A stretch of DNA of 64,000 nucleotides, taken from the NCBI GenBank assembly GCA_000091205.1, contig AP006499.2; one strand, 5' to 3'. The DNA comes from Cyanidioschyzon merolae (Eukaryota). The position numbers and the translations under genes were made by a program. Under the pieces are notes generated by a model. It was not told the origin of the DNA, searched no databases, and worked only from the letters and a program-made list of their open reading frames with translations. Every line of letters starts with the position of its first letter. The first letter of the stretch is position 1. Of this stretch, positions 58,881-64,000 are shown piece after piece.

Positions 58881-60989
58881 ATTTACTTGTGTCGATGTGT
58901 AGAACAGGTGAGCAGTCCAAAGAGCACACAGCATTGGATGGGTGCGATAGCCATATGGCTATGCTGATGAAGTCTGTGACGAGGTCCCTCTGCTTAATCG
59001 CTGAGAAACTTTTCTCGTCCGATACAGTGCCTTGCATGGGTTTCGGATGTTCGGCTTGAACGCTGTTTCCGTCAAAACGCCGCACGGGTGCAACCGCACG
59101 AAACCTCTCCCAGCCTTTAAACATCTAGGGAGCACCCCCTTTGGATTCTACGCTTCTACCAGCGAGCAAGCAAGAGAGATTTTTGCTGATGATTCAGAGG
59201 CCGTCAGAATAATTAGAAGGGTCTTCCTTAACGTTTACCCGAAAGGCTGTAGCACGCCAGCTCGACAGGAGTCTTCAAAAAAGCTCAAAGTGTTGACAGT
59301 ACGTGAGCGAAGAGCAACTGCACTCATGCAAACGTCTACCCCTACACCGCATGGAGACTTTCCAGTATGCGGGATTCTTGGATACAGCATCCTCCAAACC
59401 AGTGGGAAAATGAATTTTACTTAACGCGTCCTTGAGCCGCCGCCCGCGAGGGTGCTGTAAAGCTGCGCTGCCTCTGTACGACGTGCACAGACCCGCGCCT
59501 CGCACCCGAGAGAGCCCCCACTGGAGACTAGGCTGCTGGAGAGCCGCGTGCTCGATCAAGCCAATATTCCACAGGCGTTTCCATGACTAAAGCTGGCTGA
59601 GCGAGGAAATGCCCGTGGGTGAGGTGAATTCTCTGTTCTGAGCATTGAGAGTACGTCCACATCAGTGGAAACTTTTAGAAGCTTTCATCTAAATGAAATA
59701 ATTAGTGCATTTACCTCATCGGGCTGTGCCCGACTCATGAAATGACTAAGCGTTTGAACTAGACTGTCTCATTTCCGCACCAATGAAATGGCGCTTTTTT
59801 CCCGCGGAGCTGTTTGTTCACTTACGTTGTAGCTGTATATCAACGAATCCAATCATCACTATCCAAAAGCTGAGTTGCAGTTGGATGCTGAGGAAGAAAT
59901 CACTGTAGCAATCGAGGCCTCCGTAAGTTAGACCGACCCCACCCGTGTGTCAGAATAAAACGGAACGTCGCACTGCTCGCTTTTCCCATGCCTTTCTAAT
60001 TTTAGCCCAATCATTTCTTAGATGCGCATCCTCCGCACTCAAACTAAAATAATAAAAGTTTACAGGTTCACTCGTGGTTTTTTTGGATTCTCGTTCGTTT
60101 TTCCGTGGTAGCTTGTTCGACTCTTTGTTGCTGGAATGCGTTTCTTTGTCGAAATCATAATGATTCACGACGCCATTGAACAAGGATTCGTAAAGTACCC
60201 GATTATATTATCCAGTTGATACGTCCAAGATTCCATTTTTCTCCTTTCTTTGCGTCTAGTACGATGAAACAGCGCATTCTTCAAGTGTTTGACCTTTCTG
60301 CTTCAAGACAGCTGGAGCGCGTAGCAACTTGCACCGCTGGATTGACGACGACGAAGAAAATTCGACATCGTCCCTTGAATAGCGTTTCGTAAACGCACGC
60401 CAAACGCTCACTGAACCAATCACAGCAAGTAATCGATGCGGTTCGAAAAGCAAGTCCTTCCCTCTTGATCGCCATCGACGAAACGGGATTCCGCCGCAAT
60501 TATAAGCTATCTCTCACGGGACCCGCTCCCAGAGGCACCCATCTCATTTTCCGCGCGGAAAAGGTTCTTGGACTAGAACTAGAGTCGTCGCTGCGATCGC
60601 TTCCACTCGGGATTCCGTCACCGCTTTGAGCCTGGGGGCGTACACGGATCGAGATCTCTCGAGCGCTTTCACAACCTGGAGCTTCCTTCTGGTACTTGTT
60701 TCAGCATGGTCAACATAGCGTTCCGTGAATCCTCTATCGAATAGAACAGCGAGCACTCGGGCGCGCAGCAGACATAGTACTCGCCAAGTAGTCACCCAGC
60801 TCAAGCACGTCATCGTAGAGTTCGCCGTCGGACCCGGAAACGGAGGAGCGAACGGACAGGACCCTTTTCTGGCTGTCAAATTGGCATGTGCCGAACGATG
60901 AAGAAAGGGTTCATGATCTGCAGGGCGACCCTTTGAGGAACAGTTTTCGGGTATATAGGGGAACACTTGACCACAATCAGATGTCATCG

Positions 60990-61165
60990 CCGCGATGAGC
61001 GCACCGCGACTTTACGCGAGGAAGACGCAAATGGCAAGCAAAGCGTAGATCGCATCTCCCTTTCGAGCATTAGATGCGTGAGCAGCAGCCGGAAGCAGTG
61101 AAATGGTGGCTTTGACACTGCCATCAACATACTTCTACTTCTGAAAACGGAGCTAGAGGGACAAG
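60990..61165 (-). repeat. Partial copy (d) of the E-family C/H-rich module, directly upstream of L+
   Basis: The minus-strand translation DGSVKATISLLPAAAHASNARKGDAIYALLAICVFLA* matches DGSVQVPISLPPGVLETVHPEAVVTIYALLAIAIF of copy a. The nt motif GATGGCAGTGT(C/T)(A)AAG is shared. Confidence 0.5.
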
Positions 61166-61440
61166 AGAATTCTGCGTTGCTACAGGCGCATATGAGAGAG
61201 ACAAGGGAAGTAGTCAAACATCATGCCCGCCAAGACTGGTATTGACGAAAGTGAGAAGCGACCCAAAGCCTAGTCTTTTCTCCCGAGTTAGAGGGTCGGT
61301 CCTCGTTTGTTCAGAAATGAGTGTAGATCTGCCTCCACGTTGGGGGCCTATTAATGAAATGATTCATAATCCGCGTCCTCCTGCTGGCAAACCTGCTCTT
61401 TCTACTTATGGTCTATCACCTCAATTTAGTTCCAATCTCA

Positions 61441-61505
61441 GGTGAGCGTCATCGAATGCTTTTTCGCAGTTTTCAGCAGGAGCATTGGAGTGCATTCATT
61501 TTGAA
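61441..61505 (+). other. Putative 65-nt spliceosomal intron in the L+ 5' leader (CTCAG|GTGAGCG...TTTTGAAG|)
   Basis: Same length and position as the LA intron (GTAAGT...CAG). A leader of about 25 nt precedes the ATG at 61531, as in LA. The upstream ORF 61242-61445 cannot be spliced in frame, so exon 1 is non-coding. Confidence 0.5.
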
Positions 61506-61530
61506 GAAATGAATAATCCAAGGTGAAGCT

Positions 61531-63678
61531 ATGGATATGCAGGACAGAGATCCTGTTCACCAAGTGTCGCCGGCTGCCAGAGAAAAGCAAAAAGCAGTGT
61601 CTAGTCCAGAGGAAAAGGAGAGGACAAGAAAGAAACGGCAGGTGGCCCGAAGTCAATGGCCGCAAGAAAGACGAATGTACGACGATACGGTGGTGATAGC
61701 CTGTCTTTTCGGACATATCACGGATACGTACGAGGAAAAATTGCGAGACGCCATCAGAAACCGTGTCGATTCGTACTCCATGAGTACTAGAAAGGCGTCG
61801 TCAGGGCTAATGCATTTGGTGATGAAGATGAACGAAAACGTGACGCACATGGAAACAGTCGCGGTTCCGGACGAGTTTTTCGACAAGACCTTTATTCGTA
61901 ACCTAATGCTTGGCACAGGCGAAACACGGAGAGAAAATAGCGGGTTCACGCCCTCCACGAAAATTATGCCGAACTCCGCTTCGAGGGTACTCGAAACAGG
62001 GGTGACCAGGATATTTACGCATGCGGAGCGATGAAGTATCTCACGAACCTGAAGAACCATTTGACGATGAACCTCGAACGTTCCATGATACGCGCCGTGG
62101 TTGCACTCTACTCGGGCCTGTCTCGCAAAGGACTGCGGGCGATTATCAATGGCATCACGAAGGATCGCAAGCATGAAGATGAGATCGAATTCGTCGACAA
62201 GAAGACGTCACGCAGGAGCACAAATGAAGCGTCTGTAATCCAAGGGGTTATAAAAGAGCGCCGTACAGTGTTGGGGCTGGCGAATCCAGTAGAAGAGGTA
62301 TCAGATATGAAAAAAATGAAGAGAGACACTATCGCCTCGTCCTGCGATATTTCGTGTTTTTGGACCAAGAGGTCGAACGCAAGAAGGAGATGAAGCTGAG
62401 TGAGCAAAAAATGAAGATTGGGAGAGACGGAAGGCTGCCCTGACGGGGAAGCGCTTCAACGTCGATCCGATATGTAACGTCAAGTCATACTTTGTGGGTA
62501 TCGATTCAAGAGTCCTCCATGGAATCATGAAGGAGATCAGTCCGGAGTTCAATGTAAGGAAGATAGAGTTCACTGGTGAAACAAGTGAGACGTACTGGAA
62601 AAACATCTTCGATATCAAACATCTCAAAACGAGCAAGCAAAAGGTATTTACTGGGATGATTGAAACCGATGGAGTAGCCTCGTGTGTGCACTATCGGCGG
62701 TTGAAGAAAGATCGGCCAGTCCCTTCGTCGGCTGCGCCCGTTACGAAGGATGAAGAAAACAATGAGGAGGATCCTGCGATGCAGGAGGTGCAGGATAACG
62801 ACCTTGTCTTTGACATGACGAAGGATGAAGAAAAGAAGAAGGCGGATCCTGCGATGCAGAAAACGCAGGATAACGACTTTGCCGTCGGCGTGGACCCTGC
62901 GAATACGAATGTCATAAGTATCGCAGTACCTAAGCGTGCGGAAAACGGTACTGACGGTAATTTACGTCAGAAAGACATGCGTCTGTTGAGATTCTCGAGA
63001 GCGAGATTCTATTGGGAATCGGGAATAATGAATGCGAGGAAGAAAATCGACACTTAGAATGCAGGAATGAATAATCACCTGGAAGCTTTGAGCGAGGTGA
63101 CTAGCCGAGGAGCGTACTATGAAGCCTTTCGGAAATTCATGGAAGTTCGTGTTGCCCACTGGGATGCGCTGTGGGAAGAGTATACTAAGCCCCGGTGGGC
63201 TCTTTTGCGAATGAATCTATACGGTGAGAGGCAGCGGGCGTTCGCGAATCTTTTCAATCAGTTGAGCGCCCTCAAAGAGGATCAAAGTCAGAGGCTGGTA
63301 GTGGCATACGGAGCACGGCGATGGAAGACCAAAAAAGGGTATACGCCAGCTCCAACGACAAGAACGTACAAGGATTCCGCAAGGCGTTTCGTCACGATAC
63401 CTCTAGATGAGTTTCGAACATTGCATACACACCATGAACTGGGGTGTACATTTCAGAGAGTGGAGATAGAAAAGTGCCAGAGGAGCCCTGAGGATATAAA
63501 AAAGTATGGACCGCTGACGGAAGAGCAAATGGAAAGGATTTCGAAAGTTCGTGGACTACTTGCATTAGTAAGTAAAACCAGTGATGGTAAGAAACGTATG
63601 GAGTATGTGAACCGAGATTTTAATGCCGCTATCAATATTAGGGAATGTGCGGTGCTGGAGAATAGGCCTCCAAAGTAG
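61531..63678 (+). pseudogene. Fanzor1-like RuvC nuclease (TnpB homologue), about 690 codons in 4 segments (61531-62034, 62031-62393, 62494-63057, 63067-63678)
   Basis: N-terminal K/R/E-rich region, then the ASSGLMHLV block. RuvC-I is DNDFAVGVDPANTNVISIAV. LVVAYGARRW lies at the expected RuvC-II position. The Cys/His cluster is HTHHELGCTFQRVEIEKCQ, and RuvC-III is GKKRMEYVNRDFNAAINIRE. A +2 frameshift at 62031, a stop or frameshift near 62391-62403 and an in-frame TAG at 63679 (PPK*TRENFIGQPLKVE...) disrupt the ORF. Confidence 0.65.
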
Positions 63679-63836
63679 ACAAGAGAGAACTTTATTGGAC
63701 AACCTCTCAAAGTGGAACTATATGAGAGAAAGTTGGAAGCAGTGGTGGATGCCCGGTCCGAAAAGACGGGGAGGCGTCTGCACGTCAGCTGGAGAGGATT
63801 TGTCTAAGGCGCGCTGATCGCCACTACTGTCCACCG
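63679..63836 (+). ncRNA. Candidate omega-RNA (guide RNA scaffold) region of L+, conserved with the 3' blocks of all seven other copies
   Basis: AAGTTGGAAGCAGTGGTGGATGCCCGGTCCGAAAAGACGGGGAGGCGTCTGCACGTCAGCTGG (63731-63792) aligns with the reverse complement of 1-62 (LA) and with the S-family core CGGTTGAAAAAGGCTGGGAGGCGTCTTCTGG. The conservation persists where the overlapping ORF tails differ in stop position and frame. Confidence 0.4.
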
Positions 63837-63870
63837 CCGGCGAGCACGCGCTCGTGCGCGTGCTCGCCGG
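63837..63870 (+). other. Perfect 15-bp inverted repeat (hairpin) CCGGCGAGCACGCGC-TCGT-GCGCGTGCTCGCCGG at the 3' end of the L+ conserved block
   Basis: Read directly from the sequence. Its position suggests a 3' structural element of the candidate RNA, a terminator, or a subterminal transposon hairpin. Confidence 0.75.
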
Positions 63871-64000
63871 ATGCCGCTCCGCGACATGAAATCCGCCACC
63901 AACCCCCTTTTCGGTTTATTGCTGAGGTGGTGGGAGTGTATTGCTCGTTTGAAAAACCGTGAATTCGGGAAAGATGCGGGAATCAAAAATTTGCAAGCCA

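Larger units (their letters stand above)
61290..64000 (+). mobile_element. Long TnpB/Fanzor1-like element copy L+ (best preserved); the 3' region reaches the window end
   Basis: A 5' leader with a 65-nt intron (61441-61505), then the ATG at 61531, four ORF segments and a conserved 3' block ending in a perfect 15-bp hairpin. The 5' homology with LA begins at about 61290. Confidence 0.7.

Noticed and set aside
61242-61445. ORF upstream of the L+ nuclease as a possible N-terminal coding exon
   Set aside because: Joining it across the 61441-61505 intron gives an immediate stop (..CTCAG|A AAT GAA TAA), and LA has no corresponding ORF. It is interpreted as a non-coding 5' leader exon.
62391-62403. 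In-frame TGA/TAG codons in Fanzor-like copies as evidence for a reassigned stop codon
   Set aside because: Host genes in the same window terminate with TGA (DAHP synthase), TAG (Rab6, TCTP) and TAA (eIF1A). The standard code applies, and the stops are pseudogene lesions.

Overview
This window is eukaryotic nuclear DNA, about 55-58% GC and intron-poor, with canonical spliceosomal introns where they occur. One example is the eIF1A gene, with a GTAAGT...AG intron at 19562-19818. The ORF track also prints M for GTG/TTG/CTG starts, so true ATG starts are given where they could be located. Host genes include Sin3 (1551 aa), a CLC chloride channel, Spo11/topoisomerase VI-A, a plant-type class II DAHP synthase, Rab6, TCTP, eIF1A (2 exons), ribosomal protein eL39, an NDUFAF6-like protein, a DUF760 protein, tRNA m7G methyltransferase, a PAP2 phosphatase, an HI0933-like flavoprotein, an FCP1/NIF-like phosphatase and a SAM-methyltransferase. 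The main finding is a multicopy family of eukaryotic TnpB homologues (Fanzor-like, RuvC-type, presumed RNA-guided nucleases) in two size classes. Three long (about 2.3-2.7 kb, Fanzor1-like) copies are LA at 1-2450 (-), L3 at 42440-44800 (-) and L+ at 61290-64000 (+). Five short (about 1.35 kb, Fanzor2/TnpB-sized) copies are S1 at 3120-4483 (+), S2 at 23055-24505 (-), S3 at 30233-31620 (+), S4 at 38428-39788 (+) and a 5'-truncated S5 at 51472-52000 (-). All copies keep the TnpB RuvC-I motif (AVD/GVDP/GADP) and the RuvC-III motif (KRMEFVNRDFNAAINI). All also share a nucleotide-conserved block that overlaps the ORF 3' end and continues about 80-150 nt downstream (core CGGTTGAAAAAGGCTGGGxGGCGTCTTCTG), exactly where TnpB/Fanzor guide RNAs (omega RNAs) are encoded. 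The long copies carry a conserved 65-nt spliceosomal intron in the 5' leader. Every copy in the window has its own frameshifts or in-frame stops, so these are decaying members of a recently active family. A second, unclassified repeat family encodes a conserved C/H-rich module of about 130 aa. A pair of 1.27-1.30-kb direct repeats (about 99% identical) flank a 5.1-kb segment carrying Spo11/TopVIA and an FCP1/NIF-like phosphatase gene.
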